From the NCBI RefSeq assembly GCF_001194135.2, contig NC_068981.1:53770025-53833894 (forward strand): a stretch of DNA of 63,870 bases, read 5' to 3'. Positions 50,399 through 63,149 of the stretch are shown piece after piece (within the stretch, counting starts at the first letter, position 1; every line of letters starts with the position of its first letter). This stretch comes from Octopus bimaculoides (taxonomy: Eukaryota). The translations under genes were made by a program, and so were the position numbers. The notes below the pieces were generated by a model, which was not told the origin of the DNA, did not search any database, and saw only the letters and a list, made by a program, of their open reading frames with translations.

Positions 50399-50780
50399 TT
50401 TACTCTTTTACTTGTTTCGGTCATTTGACTGCGGCCATGCTGGAGCACCGCCTTTAGTCAAGCAAATCGACCCCAGGACTTATTCTTTGTAAGCCTTGTA
50501 CTTATTCTATCGGTCTCTTTTGCCGAACTGCTAAGTGACAGGGACATAAACACACCAGCATCGGTTGTCAAGTAATGCTAGGGGGACAAACACAGACACA
50601 CAAACACATATATACGACGGGCTTCTTTCAGTTTCCGTCTACCAAATCCACTCACAAGGCTTTGGTCGGCCTGAGGCTATAGTAGAACACACTTACCCAA
50701 GATGCCACGCAGTGGGACTGAACCCAGAACCATGCGGCTGGTAAGCAAGCTACTTACCACACAGCCACTCCTGCGCCTAT
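50399..50780 (-). mobile_element. SINE family B, full length and young
   Basis: Head TAGGCGCAGGAGTGGCTGTGTGGTAAG...GGGTTCAGTCCC (A/B boxes), central TA/TG tract and tail ending GAAACAAGTAAAAGAGTAAA. Many CpGs are retained. Confidence 0.9.
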
Positions 50781-51559
50781 AATAATTTTGAATAAGTTTG
50801 TATGTTATGAGAAGAGGAATCTGTTGTCTCAGGGTCTTTTTTCTCTTCCTGAAAAGAATGGACAGCTTCAAAAAGTCAGATTTCTCATCTCATCATGATA
50901 TACAAAGTTATCCAAACACAAATGTCACTGAAGCATATAAAGATAACAACTGAAAAACTCAGCAGGAATCAGTGGAAGTTGTAGTGTTTGAACTCATTAC
51001 CTCATTACCAATATGTCTTTATGTGAAATATATTTGAGTTCTTGTAATAATGAGAAATATCTGCAAGGCCCGATTACCTCTATCTCAGCTTCTGAAGTGC
51101 AACTTGTATGAACACATGTTTTATGCAATGACCAATTTCCTCACTCACCTGAAATATCAGCACAGCAAATTAGAAAAGAGAAGCGACAAAATACTTGGAA
51201 AGGAGGAATAGCCAACAATGGCTATAATAACTCTTATGTATTGGAGTAAGGCAACTTAAAAATGATTTACGGCTTTCTGTTACATTACTGGTAGGAATCA
51301 GTGAAATGGTGGTGGTGGTGGTGGTGCTGCTGCTGCTGACGCTGGTGATGGATTGTGTATGTGTGTGTTTTATATAGTGTTTGGTCTGAATGAAGAGGTT
51401 GTGCCCATGACTTTTTGTAGCTGATGTTCCTCTTAAACAGCTGATGAATGCTAGAAAAACATGGCCAAAGAATTCTAGCATTTATGAAATCACAATTATG
51501 AAAATTACAATTATTTGCTTAAATGATAAAGTATATTCCATCAATTATTGATATACAGA

Positions 51560-52017
51560 TATTCTTTTATTCGTTTCAGTCATTTTGACTGTGATCATGC
51601 TGGAGCCCCGCCTTTAGTTGAGCAAATCGACCCCAGGACTTATTCTTTGTAAGCCTAGTACTTATTCTATCGGTCTCTTATGCCGAACTGCTAAGTTACG
51701 GGGACGTAAACACACCAGCATCGANNNNNNNNNNTCTCTTATGCCGAACTGCTAAGTTACGGGGACGTAAACACACCAGCATCGATTTCAAGTGATGTTG
51801 GGGGACACACACACACACACAAACATATACACACACATACATATATATATACGACGGGTTTCTTTCAGTTTCCATCTCCCAAATTCACTCACAAGGCTTT
51901 GGTCGGCTCAAGGCTATAGTAGAAGACACTTGCCCAAGGTGCCACGCAGTGGGACTGAACCCAGAACCATGTGGTTGGTTAGTAAACTACTTACCACACA
52001 GCCACTCCTGTGCCTAT
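51560..52017 (-). mobile_element. SINE family B, full length (contains an assembly overlap at a 10-N gap)
   Basis: Nearly identical to 50399-50780. Confidence 0.9.
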
Positions 52018-53023
52018 ACATAATTTTTTTCAAATATACTTTCAGAATTCTTTACAATTTGAGTAATTTTCATGATTTCCTCTAGATATCAAGCCTTCTT
52101 TTAAAAAGAGATGTACCCAGTTTCACCATCATACCTCTGAGGATTTGAACTCAGATATATGTTGCATGAAAGTAAATATAATATACCTGGTCAAATGCTT
52201 CAATGCCATCTCCTACCACCGTCCTATCTTAATATTAAGAGAAACATTTGTCTGAAAGATAATATTAAGTTTATATTTAAGGATAATTTTTTTTAATGTA
52301 AGCATTGTTTCTTTTATAATTTTTTTTTTTGCGGGGTGGGGGGGTATTACAGTTGATCTTTATTTACTTTGATAACTATTTCTTAATATTATCATCTTTT
52401 ACAAGAATCTTTGAATAACTTGTAAGCACTTGTCTCCTTGATACTGATTTCTTTTCTTCTTAAACCTACAGTTCAGCTGTTGTAGATTAGCTTAGTTTAT
52501 TTAGCTGAATTATGTAGATGGTATCTGCTTTTATAGAAATACCATTGCTCATTGGCTCCTTGGTACATATCACATGCCACATACGTTTCTAGTAAAATAA
52601 GAAATGTCTGCACATCATGCAGAACTGCTTGTATGTATTGGAAGATTTAGATTGAATTCTCTGTTTTTACTGACATATAGTATTTCTGTTATGGTGTGTT
52701 ATGTGTGGTTTTATCTTTTCTGATAGCTCTTATGACCTATCAGCTTTAAACTAAATCTTAAAGCTATTCACTGCATGTTTGCTTTGCAATACTTAGCTTC
52801 TATCACTAAAAAAACTCTAGATAACTATAAGTAGCCTTAGATTTAGTGTAAAACAGTAGAATCTACAGAAACTAGTGATATTTTATGTTGCTAAAACATA
52901 ATACAAATAGTTCAAACAGTAGCCACTGTTTATACTATTGGAAAACTAATGTTTTTATGAAATTCAACTTGTTATGTATAAATGCATAGTATCAAACAGA
53001 TGAAAAGCATTATTTTACAGTGA

Positions 53024-53233
53024 CATCATCATCATTTAACGTCTGCTTTCCATGCTAGCATGGGTTGGACGATTTGACTGAGGACTGGTGGACCAGGTGG
53101 CTACACCACACTCCAATCTGATCTGGCAAGGTTTCTACAGCTGGATGCCCTTCCTAACGCCAACCACTCCGAGAGTGTAGTGGGTGCTTTTACGTGCCAC
53201 CGGTATGAAGGCCAGTCAGGCGGTACTGGCAAC
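53024..53233 (-). mobile_element. RTE LINE 3' end, young
   Basis: Reverse complement of the 47-351 terminus with few differences. Confidence 0.85.
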
Positions 53234-54507
53234 AATATTTGATAAATGTTTCCACAAGGCACATAAGATTCTAAGAGCTAGAACATATTTAGTAGTGAAC
53301 TCTGAGTAAATAACAAATCTCTTCATGGACAGGGTGCTAACCTATTTAAGGTAACATTCCCAGAGGACCTGGTAACTATTTCTGATTTGTGCATATAAAA
53401 TTGTTACTCAATAACATGATAAAATGCATGCAGCAGAAGATATGAACTCACAACTTATGAAGTGGTAGTTTAATACTTCAGCTATTTGACTATTTTACTT
53501 ATTTTGGGCTTTTCAGTCCAAAACTATGTGACTGTATCTTTTCAAACAGCTGCAGTTATTAGATTTGATTTCACCTTATCATCATGGAAAATATTATATT
53601 GTCTGTTAAGAATACCAGCAGCCACTATTATACTTTCATGTAGTAGGTGTTCCTGCATAGTTTTCAGTCAGTAAAATTGCAGCATCACTCTGTGTTCATT
53701 CACAAAAATCCTATATCTTTCTAGTCCTTGGAAGAACTAAGGGTCACAGTTAGACTCTCCTTGGCTGATGAAGTCTAATACGACCAAACATTTCTATTTA
53801 AGCTTAATTAGATATTCTAATATTTATACTCATCACTCTTTTGGGGGGATACATCAAATATACTTGTAGCATAGTTTACTGTGCTACTTTTCAACAACCA
53901 TATATAATTATGTAAATTGCATTCCTTTTTAGTACACAACATAGTGGATATTACAGAATTTGAACTCCTGGTTTTCTCCCTACATTTTGAATCAGAATAC
54001 ACTATCCAATGCAGCTGTTGTGGTTTTACATTAAAATTAAGTGGTTCATATCTTAACATTCTGTTACTACTATAGAATTCAGCTAGGTATTTAGTTTGTA
54101 ATGGTTGAATATTTTATTAACCATCTAACTACTCAACATATTTAGTTGCCTTCTTGGAAACCATATATTTCCCGAGAGGTTTGTGTGAAGTCGTGCTAAA
54201 ATTCACAGGTGAATTGTTAAATCTTCAAAAGACAATAATACATAAAGTGTGTTAGTACCAACCATCATCATACTTATAAATTATGAATGTGAATTTGTAA
54301 ACACGTGTGTAAAAGTGCACACATGCATGCTTCTGTGTGTGTGTATGTATGGATGTATGCATATGTATGTGTGTGCTTTAGTGTACAATCGTGTAAAACT
54401 TCTGCCTTAGTAGGAGATACAAAAAAATTTATGGTGATGAAGTTTATGTTGTAATGATACCAGGAAAAAGAAATATTGTGCATTGCCCAATGCTAGAAAA
54501 GGTCAAC

Positions 54508-54541
<34 letters not shown>

Positions 54542-54924
54542 TTTATGAAACAAGTTAAATGTTTTGAAGTAGAACATTTATATTGTGAGTATAATTATGA
54601 ATATTTAAAGAGATATTTTTTAACTTTACATTTTTGTGGATATCAAGTATTCAGGAGGACATCCTAGTTGTCTAAAGGCTCACAAGACTGAACATCCATG
54701 AGACAGAAAATTTCCTGCTGAGAAGAATTATTAAAATGGCCAGTCCAGTAACCAGTATGTGTCCACTCTGTCCCCACAGAGAGAGGGAAAGCAAACATGG
54801 AAAAGTGGGTGTTAAAACGATGATAATGATGATGGTACATTCGCATATATACATACACATACACACACACTCTTTTTCTCTCTTTCCCTCTCTCTCTCTT
54901 TTTCTCTCTTTCCCTCTCTCTCTT

Positions 54925-54956
<32 letters not shown>

Positions 54957-54989
54957 ACACACATACGTATAAATTGACTTTAAAATTTC

Positions 54990-55302
54990 GAAGCATGGGC
55001 TTTCATTTGTTCAACTTACTGAAACTACCTGCTCATCAAATTGGCATATAGTTAGCTAATTCCATAGATACATGCACTCTTTACATACTCTCAGACAGAA
55101 TGGGCATGACTCTGCGTGTGACATAGCTGGACCTTTTAAATTACAGGTACAATCTGTCTGATGAGCTTTTACGCAGCTTCTGTTTATCCAATTTCTCTCA
55201 CAAATTATGAGATCTGAACCTATAGAAAATGATATTTGTGCAAAATGCATGCGAGTGATTGAACCTGGGGGCCTCATGTTTGCTAAGAAAACTTCCTAAC
55301 TC
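54990..55302 (-). mobile_element. chimeric SINE: family B head joined to the family C body of 58738
   Basis: Reverse head GTTAGGAAGTTTTCTTAGC...CAGGTTCAATC...TTGTGAGAGAAATTGG joined to GTACCTGTAATTTAAAAGGTCCAGC...GAGTCATGC, which aligns with 58860-58925. Confidence 0.55.
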
Positions 55303-55309
55303 ATATATA

Positions 55310-55510
55310 TGTGTGTGTGTCTGTTTGTCCCCCCCAACATTGCTTGACAACTGATGCTGGTGTGTTTACGTTCCTGTGACTTAGCAGTTTGGCAAAAGAG
55401 ACCAATAAAATAAGTGCTAGGCTTACAAAGAATAAGTCCTGGGGTCGATTTTGCTTGACTAAAGGCAGTGCTCCAGCATGGCTGCAGTCAAATGGCTGAA
55501 ACAAATAAAA
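55310..55510 (+). mobile_element. SINE family B 3' half
   Basis: CATTGCTTGACAACTGATGCTGGTGTGTTTACG...GCAGTCAAATGGCTGAAACAA. Confidence 0.85.
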
Positions 55511-56367
55511 TAATATATGTACATATATATATATATATATTGTTTTCCTGTCTTGTTTTTTGTCCGCCACTACATTCCTCCATGGCNNNNNNNNNNNNNN
55601 NNNNNNNNNNNNNNNNNNNNNNNNNNNNNNNNNNNNNNNNNNNNNNNNNNNNNNNNNNNNNNNNNNNNNNNNNNNNNNNNNNNNNNNNNNNNNNNNNNNN
55701 NNNNNNNNNNNNNNNNNNNNNNNNNNNNNNNNNNNNNNNNNNNNNNNNNNNNNNNNNNNNNNNNNNNNNNNNNNNNNNNNNNNNNNNNNNNNNNNNNNNN
55801 NNNNNNNNNNNNNNNNNNNNNNNNNNNNNNNNNNNNNNNNNNNNNNNNNNNNNNNNNNNNNNNNNNNNNNNNNNNNNNNNNNNNNNNNNNNNNNNNNNNN
55901 NNNNNNNNNNNNNNNNNNNNNNNNNNNNNNNNNNNNNNNNNNNNNNNNNNNNNNNNNNNNNNNNNNNNNNNNNNNNNNNNNNNNNNNNNNNNNNNNNNNN
56001 NNNNNNNNNNNNNNNNNNNNNNNNNNNNNNNNNNNNNNNNNNNNNNNNNNNNNNNNNNNNNNNNNNNNNNNNNNNNNNNNNNNNNNNNNNNNNNNNNNNN
56101 NNNNNNNNNNNNNNNNNNNNNNNNNNNNNNNNNNNNNNNNNNNNNNNNNNNNNNNNNNNNNNNNNNNNNNNNNNNNNNNNNNNNNNNNNNNNNNNNNNNN
56201 NNNNNNNNNNNNNNNNNNNNNNNNNNNNNNNNNNNNNNNNNNNNNNNNNNNNNNNNNNNNNNNNNNNNNNNNNNNNNNNNNNNNNNNNNNNNNNNNNNNN
56301 NNNNNNNNNNNNNNNNNNNNNNNNNNNNNNNNNNNNNNNNNNNNNNNNNNNNNNNNNNNNNNNNNNN

Positions 56368-56415
<48 letters not shown>

Positions 56416-58737
56416 AGGAGTTTAACACAGTAAACTATAGTAAGTTCAGATATCACAAGTTATTTCTTGGGTGACCTTTAATTTGTAGGTTTGTACATAT
56501 CCCCATGTGTTTATGTGTATAATTCAGTCAGCCAAAACTAAACTAGCTGAAGCTATCAGTTTCGTCAGATGTGAGCACTTTATATGAGCAAAGAAAAACA
56601 TACAACCATTAGGGCTTCTCTCCTAGATTACCAGGATATTTGGCTAAAAATACAATGGAGAATTCCCAGTGTTGTATTGTATTTCCCATAATTCCTGATC
56701 ATATTTCAAAAACTAATTACATATTGCAAAACTCTTAAAGTACTCAGGTGGTTCAACGAGTGGTCTTTTTTAATATCAATTCAAAGTTTGTTCATAAAGA
56801 CATTTTCTTAGAAACTAGTACAGCTGAAGTAGATGAAACTCCTTTGAAAATGATTGACTGAAAGGAAATAGCCGTTTTCATGGAAAAACAGACTAAAAAT
56901 GTAGAAGAAATAATTTCTGTACTAGTTGCTATTTTTACATGAATACAATTGTTAAAAATGCTTTTATTGGGAATCTTTTTGCAGAAGTTTGGTTTACCAA
57001 AAACAAAAAAAAAGTTCTCATTTAATGCAGATAATTCAATGTCCATGACTCGAAAAAAATTCAATTTGTAATTAGTAAAATAATCACTAAAAGAAAAGTG
57101 AAATCTGAGAAAGTCAGCATTTCTATGGAATATACATCTTTGTGTAATTTCAGATATTTACATTTAAATGTACACTCATCTGTAAATTCTGTAGTTTAAG
57201 AATCATCAAAATTTTCATAAATTTACCTGCTCAAAAAAACTATTGAAGTTTTACAGGCACACCTTTCTCAATGCAACCTCAATTTGAAAAAAAAAATGCA
57301 ATTTAGTTGTAACTGGTGCCTTATATGAATTTGGTAAGGATACACGTGCCAAATAGATTATATACATGGACTTTGCATTGGCAAATATCATTAAAAAGAA
57401 GTGAGAGAAATTGCCAATTCATTTCAAGGTCTCCAACTAAAAATTAAATATTTAATAAATATGATAACCCTAGCAGCATACTTTTGCCCTGTTTCCAGAG
57501 TTCCCTTTGAAGTGCCCCCAGACTAATACATGGGACAGTCTCATACAACCACTTACAACACTATAGTTTTCCCAGCTTATTTCATTCTAGTGCCCCCACC
57601 CCCACCCCATTGCTGCAGAGGTAAATTACGTACAACTAGACTGTGGCTCTGCTGCAGGTGTGAGAGTATACAAATGACAATCCTTTTTGAATGCAAATGT
57701 GATTATCTGAGTGACTGGTGAAGTAAAGTTACACAAGAAAATTATATATATGGATATGTGCATATGCATGTGTACATTTTTTTGTCACTTGGTAAAAATA
57801 TGTATTTTGATTGGCATATGCTTCATGAGATTAACCTAACGCTGGCTTTGATTGTGATTACTTTTGGATGAAGCTTTTAAATAACAATAACCGATAACAT
57901 TAAGCAAGATATATTCCACATATCTTCTTGTTTATTGTCATTGAATGTCTCTAATCTAAACAATTGATTGAGGATTCAGGCATATCTTTTGTCTAATGAA
58001 GCTGATAGCTTAAGTCAGTTTTGTTATGGCCAACTAAACTGAATAATTTATACTTTACTTTTGGTATTGAGTACTTTTCTTCCAGTCATTGCTGTTTAGT
58101 GTGTGTTTGTAATGGCATGTCTATGTGTAAAGGTGGTGCTGCAGCATGACTATAATCAAATGACTAAAGCAAGTAAAAGATGAAAGGTGTATGTATGTTT
58201 GTTTGTATGTATACTTGTATGTTTGTATGTATGTATGTATGTATGACACAATCACAAAATCAATAATCAAGACGTATTAAAGACTTCTTTTTTACACATG
58301 TGTCTTTATTTTATTATGTGTCTTCATTGTTGATTTAATATTTATTTTATTAATTTTAATGTGAGTCACTTTTATTGATTTGTGATTGCACCATTCTTTG
58401 TATAGCAAACTGTATGCTACACTTCAAATATATGTAAATATATTTCTGCTTTGCATAGTGTATTGAGCACTCATCAATATATGTTGGACTAAATGTCAAT
58501 TTATTTTGTTAAATATTTAATGTGTGTATGTGTATACAGACCGAATACCCAAGCAAAAACAGAATGCCCAAGCAAAACATGGTCCTCTGACCCATTTCAA
58601 ATGGCAATAACTAACTCTGAATAACAATTGTCTCAGATTGCAGATGACACAACCAACTCCTGCCAGCAAAGAAAAGTGAAAGTAAGACAATTTTGGTGAT
58701 CTTATGCAGGGGACACTGCTTAACATAAACATGGATA

Positions 58738-59060
58738 TCTGGCACTCCATCGGTTATGACAATGAGGGTTCCAGTTGATCTGATCAATGGAACAGCCTGC
58801 TTGTGAAATTAATGTGCAAGTGGCTGAGCACTCCACAGACACATGTACCCTTAATACAGTTCTCAGGAAAATTCAGCATGACTCAGAATGTGACAAGGTT
58901 GGCCCTTTGAATTACAGGTGCTACTCACTTTTGCCAGCTGAGTAGACTGGAGCAACATGAAATAAAGCGTCTTGCTCAAAGACATAATGCACCACCACAT
59001 ATCGACTTCATCACCTTACAATCATGGGCCAAATATGATAACCACCAAGCCACATGCCTT
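58738..59060 (-). mobile_element. SINE family C with a third body type
   Basis: Reverse head AAGGCATGTGGCTTGGTGGTT...TTGAGCAAGACGCTTTATTTCATGTTGCTCCAGTCTACTCAGCTGG, then AAGGGTACATGTGTCTGTGGAGTGCTCAGCCACTTGCAC. Confidence 0.7.
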
Positions 59061-59193
59061 ACATAATCATGATTATTATTTGAGAAATGAGTGGATCCCA
59101 AACACTCAGGCAAATGCTTTATGTCATTAGGCAGTTGTTGGTATCTAAAAGGCTTCATCCCAAATAAATCACAATAATAAAACAGCTATTATT

Positions 59194-59600
59194 ATCATCA
59201 TCATCATCATCTTCATCATTATTTAATGTCTGTTTTTCCTTGCTAGCATGGGTTGGACAGTTTGATAGGAGTTGGCAAGCCAGACGACTGTACCAAGCTC
59301 TACTGTCTATTTTGATATGATGTCCTTCCTAACACCAACTACTTTACAGAGTGTACTAGGTGTTTTTTTACAAGGCACTGGTACCAGTGAGGTCACTAAG
59401 TAACTTGCAAGACAACAGCCTCTCAACTGAGAAGGGGAGTGGTATTAAGGGAGATGGCTTTGTGCCAGGTGAAGAGAGGTTAAACTATAATAGAGGGACA
59501 GAAACAGGTGTCTTGTTGTAGAGGAAGTACATGGTTACCTCAGTCGAAGAGAGAAAGTGAGAGAGAAGATGGTGTTGACTATGTGCCAGGATATACCCTT
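59194..59600 (-). mobile_element. RTE-type 3' end with a different 3' UTR
   Basis: (CAT)n tail, TGCTAGCATGGGTTGGACAG terminus and CTTCCTAACACCAAC, then a purine-rich UTR unlike the 22918 copy. Confidence 0.65.
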
Positions 59601-59844
59601 AAGGTACGAGGAGGTAAATGTAAGTAGAGAGATACAGAAGATTAGACTGAGTGATGAATAGGGACTTCATAAGAGTGTAAAAGAAGGTGGGAGAGGTGAG
59701 TAAAAGGAGTACACAGGTATATAGGTGATTGGCAGGGTAGCATTGATACAGTTGACAGGGATTGGACAGGAAAAAGAGAGATGACAAAGTGGCATTGGGT
59801 TGCAGGAGCATAGGGAGAGAGAGAGAGACAAGCATGATGAGATT

Positions 59845-60130
59845 TGGGAATTGAAAGATTCAATACTCCAATGACCAGTGGTTTCATCCTAAGCATCCGT
59901 GTATCCAGTCTGATGTAGCAATGGAAAATAGTGATAATACATTGTGTTTTTCTATAATATGGGTATATTGTGTGTTGGGGTTTATGGTAGGGGAATGACT
60001 TGCTTAGCTTCACACTACCGAAACCCAATATATTGTGTCCATTTTCTTTATTACTGTATCAGTCTGAAGATTTCTGTGCTCAGAATGAAACCACTGATTG
60101 TTGTGAGGCATTGAACTTTCCAATTTCCAC
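59845..60130. repeat. degenerate inverted repeat with a hammerhead-ribozyme-like motif in each arm (Penelope-type)
   Basis: Plus copy 60058-60105: ATCAGT CTGAAGA T TTCTG TGCT CAGAA T GAAACC ACT GATT. Minus copy 59914-59868: ATCAGA CTGGATA...TGCTTAGGAT GAAACC ACT GGTC ATTGG. The flanks also align. Confidence 0.55.
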
Positions 60131-60223
60131 AATAAATTTTAATCTATAAATACCCTATCTTGCATTCTCTCTGTCTTAGAGAGAATAGTAATAAGTACAA
60201 TCTAATCATTCGTGTATGTGTGT

Positions 60224-60669
60224 CATCATTATCATCATCGTTATTTTAATATCCATTTTCCCATGCTTCATTGGGTCAGACAAAATTCATTGAGGCAGAT
60301 TCTTTATGGCCAGACGCCCTTCTTGTCACTAACTTTCTCAAGTAAGGTAATATTTCACCTTCACTGTGAAATCATCAAACAAATCAATGGCCAGACATGA
60401 TTTCACAGAGGATTGCAAATGAACTGCAATTACCACACAATGTCAAGACAAGGATGTATGAAAATATACACCTGTGTACATATATGCATACATATTATAT
60501 ACATACATATTACAGGCTTCTTTCAGTTTCCTTTTATGAAATTCATTAAAAGGGCTTTGGTCAGCCTAAGGTTATAGTAAAAGACATTTCCTCAAGGTGT
60601 CATGTAGTGGAACTGAACCCACAATCATGTGATTGGGAAGTGAACTTCTTAACCACACAACCATATCTG
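60224..60669 (-). mobile_element. SINE family B head with RTE-like tail
   Basis: (CAT) tail, CCCATGCTT...GAGGCAGATT...GTAATATTTC, TA/CA tract and family B head. Confidence 0.7.
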
Positions 60670-61226
60670 TGTGTGTGTTGTTGTTGTTTGAGATCATATG
60701 TCTTGATTATAATTTTTGTAAGCTTTTTTGATTAGAAAGTGTATAGAATTTATCATCAAAGCAATCCATTTACATTTCGTCATTAAAATCCTGCATTGTT
60801 ACTAGTTTGATAGAACAATGTTTATAGATGTGAACAAGGTGGTGGTAGCGGTAGCAGTGGTTATCTATCTTCTATTGTATCAGTGTTTCACTTTCTGAAT
60901 AAAATACATCTCCTTTCTGATTCAAATATAATATAATATACTTTCAGTGGATTATTGTATACACACTTGCTTTGCAAAGTAGTCTGGCATTTAGCATAAA
61001 GCAGATTGAAGACTAAATTTGGAATCAAATCTCGCTACACATTGGCAAAAGCATAAACATTTTCATTAATGCAGCCAGTTTATAATCTGCTAGGATTAAT
61101 AAATTTAAACATCTGAGCGAGCCATCAAACATTAGTAAAGTTGATTCTAACATAATATAGTGACCCAATGGATTTCAATAAATTGAAATGACACTTGCAG
61201 TGAAGAGAGAAAATTCTATAGCTTAA

Positions 61227-61439
61227 CTCTTTTGTTAGCATATTTCCATTGAAATACACTGCCTTTGTTTTAATTAATTTTGAAAATAATGGAGAATTTA
61301 ATGAAATATTATTAAGCTGACATCTGGGACATAAATTAACATGAAATTTTGATGGAAAGATTTAATTTAGATCACTTTAAAGCAGGAAAAGGTTATCATA
61401 AAATTAGGGGCCCTCTCAGGTAGATTGGTCTCAAAAGTG
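61227..61439. mobile_element. piggyBac-type MITE, second family (213 bp)
   Basis: TTAA at 61223-61226 and 61440-61443. Decayed TIRs CTCTTTTGTTAGC and GGTCTCAAAAGTG. Interior is unrelated to the 26548 element. Confidence 0.65.
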
Positions 61440-61830
61440 TTAATGGTTAATTCTGGTTAGTAGGCAGGTAACACACCCCAGAATTTAAATTGATTTAAAC
61501 AAGAATGCAGTTTATTGCCTGAGTTTTTTTTGTTTCCAAACAGCCTTCCTTATACAGCACTTCTTGCAACTGTGTTTCTAGGTTAAGTTCCTCGGCATTT
61601 GTAGGTATTAAGCAGATTTGATTTCCAGATTTGATTTAAAATTTTCTTTCTAAGCAACTTTAGTTGGATAATTATTAAATCCCAATCAAGTAAATTTTCA
61701 GAGCAGCTAGAGAATTCTAAATGGGAATCTTTTTGAGAATTTCACTATTGACATAATTTTCTACTGTGTTCTATTGGAAAATCTGATGTTATTTCTGTGT
61801 ATTTGATTGAATACAAAATCATCAACATAT

Positions 61831-61870
<40 letters not shown>

Positions 61871-62049
61871 CTTGTTTGGTAGGGAATGTTTTTACTGTAG
61901 CCATGCTTCTTAAAGATATATAAGCCAGTAAGGGAAATCCTAAGCAGTCATTCAATATGCTAGCAGCTAAATCTATCTCAAATTACATTCTGCCACTTTT
62001 TTTTTTAAAAGGGAAAGACAATGTATTCCTAGATATCAAATAATAGTCA

Positions 62050-62620
62050 TAATAATAATAAATGCCTTGATGCAGTACTAGGCAGTGGTTCTCTCATGAC
62101 TTCTGATCTTAACTGATTTGAAGTGTTATCATATACATTGTTTTGACTCGGTATAAAAGATGGGCTACAACAAATATTCTGCTCAATACCACAGATTTGC
62201 TTGTCAGTTGCTTGACCTTAACCAGTTGAGCATGTCTCTTAGCTGACAATCTGTGCATCTCTGATCATGGACTGAAGTAGTAGGGGAGTATCATAGCCAT
62301 ATGTTGAGAGGAATTCTTTGGAGTTTGAATAATTCACCTCTGGAAACATGGGTGTTTCATTCAACATCCTTAAACAACCCTTATTCATGGATCATTTGAG
62401 TGGGATAGGCTACTTGACCTGAAGAAAATACTAACTGGGCCCCACCTGCATGGCCATGCACTGTTTATCTTGATATGAGATTTCCATGTCGTGCACATAT
62501 GGTTGTGATGTATGTGCCTCATGTACCCTTATCAAACAGGTAGTCATGATGGGTATACTGGGCTTCATATATTTGTACCCCAGTGTCAATTTGATGGCCT
62601 GCACTACTCCTTCACTCAGT
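62050..62620. repeat. unclassified interspersed element of about 570 bp between (AAT)n tracts
   Basis: Higher-GC block bounded by AAT repeats on both sides, recognised from memory as a recurrent octopus repeat. No ORF. Confidence 0.4.
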
Positions 62621-62629
62621 AATAATAAT

Positions 62630-63090
62630 AATCCTTTCTACTATAGGTACAATGGGAGAGGACTAGTCAATTGCATCGACCGCAGGGCTTGACTGGTAGT
62701 TATTTTATCAACCCCAAAAGGATGAAAGGCGAAGTTGACTTCAGCATAATAATAATAATGATGATGATAATAGAAAACAGGATAGTTACTTGATTAGCTC
62801 TGCCCTGGAGCTAGCTAAATGCTAAACAACAGCATATGACTATTACATCTCATTTGATTAGCATTGATTTTTAACTTTGGAGTAAACTCACTGATTTAGA
62901 GGGGAAGAAACAATTAATCAAATCTTTGCCATTTCCAGTATTTAACTGATACTCATTTTATTGACCTCAGGAGAGTGAAAGACAGACAAATTCAACAGGA
63001 TTCAAACTCAGTTGTAAATGAATACATCTAAATACAAGACATTGTGTCCTTTGTGTGACTGATTCTGCTATTCCACTAGTCTGCCCTTTG
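62630..63090 (-). mobile_element. two decayed SINE family A fragments (62630-62745 and 62905-63090)
   Basis: TTTTATCAACCCCAAAAGGATGAAAGGCGAAGTTGAC and TTTTATTGACCTCAGGAGAGTGAAAG...GGATTCAAACTCAG. Confidence 0.55.
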
Positions 63091-63149
63091 CATGACTGAT
63101 TCTACAATTCCACGGATGTCTGTACTTTTAGAGCTGACAGTTGACAATA

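Noticed and set aside
50700-50780. tRNA-like A and B boxes here and in other SINE heads
   Set aside because: These are tRNA-derived SINE heads without a complete cloverleaf, not tRNA genes.
51674-51785. 51-bp exact direct repeat inside a SINE
   Set aside because: The copies flank a 10-N gap, typical of unmerged contig overlap.
53765-53789. CTGATGA A GTC TAATAC GAC CAAAC, half of a hammerhead core
   Set aside because: GAAA is CAAA, and I could not find stems I and III or a cleavage triplet.
55468-56456. Long ORFs (up to 322 aa) in the ORF track, also at 20816-21502, 40810-41482 and 41865-42347
   Set aside because: They run through N gaps and (TA)n tracts, so they are artefacts of X translation.
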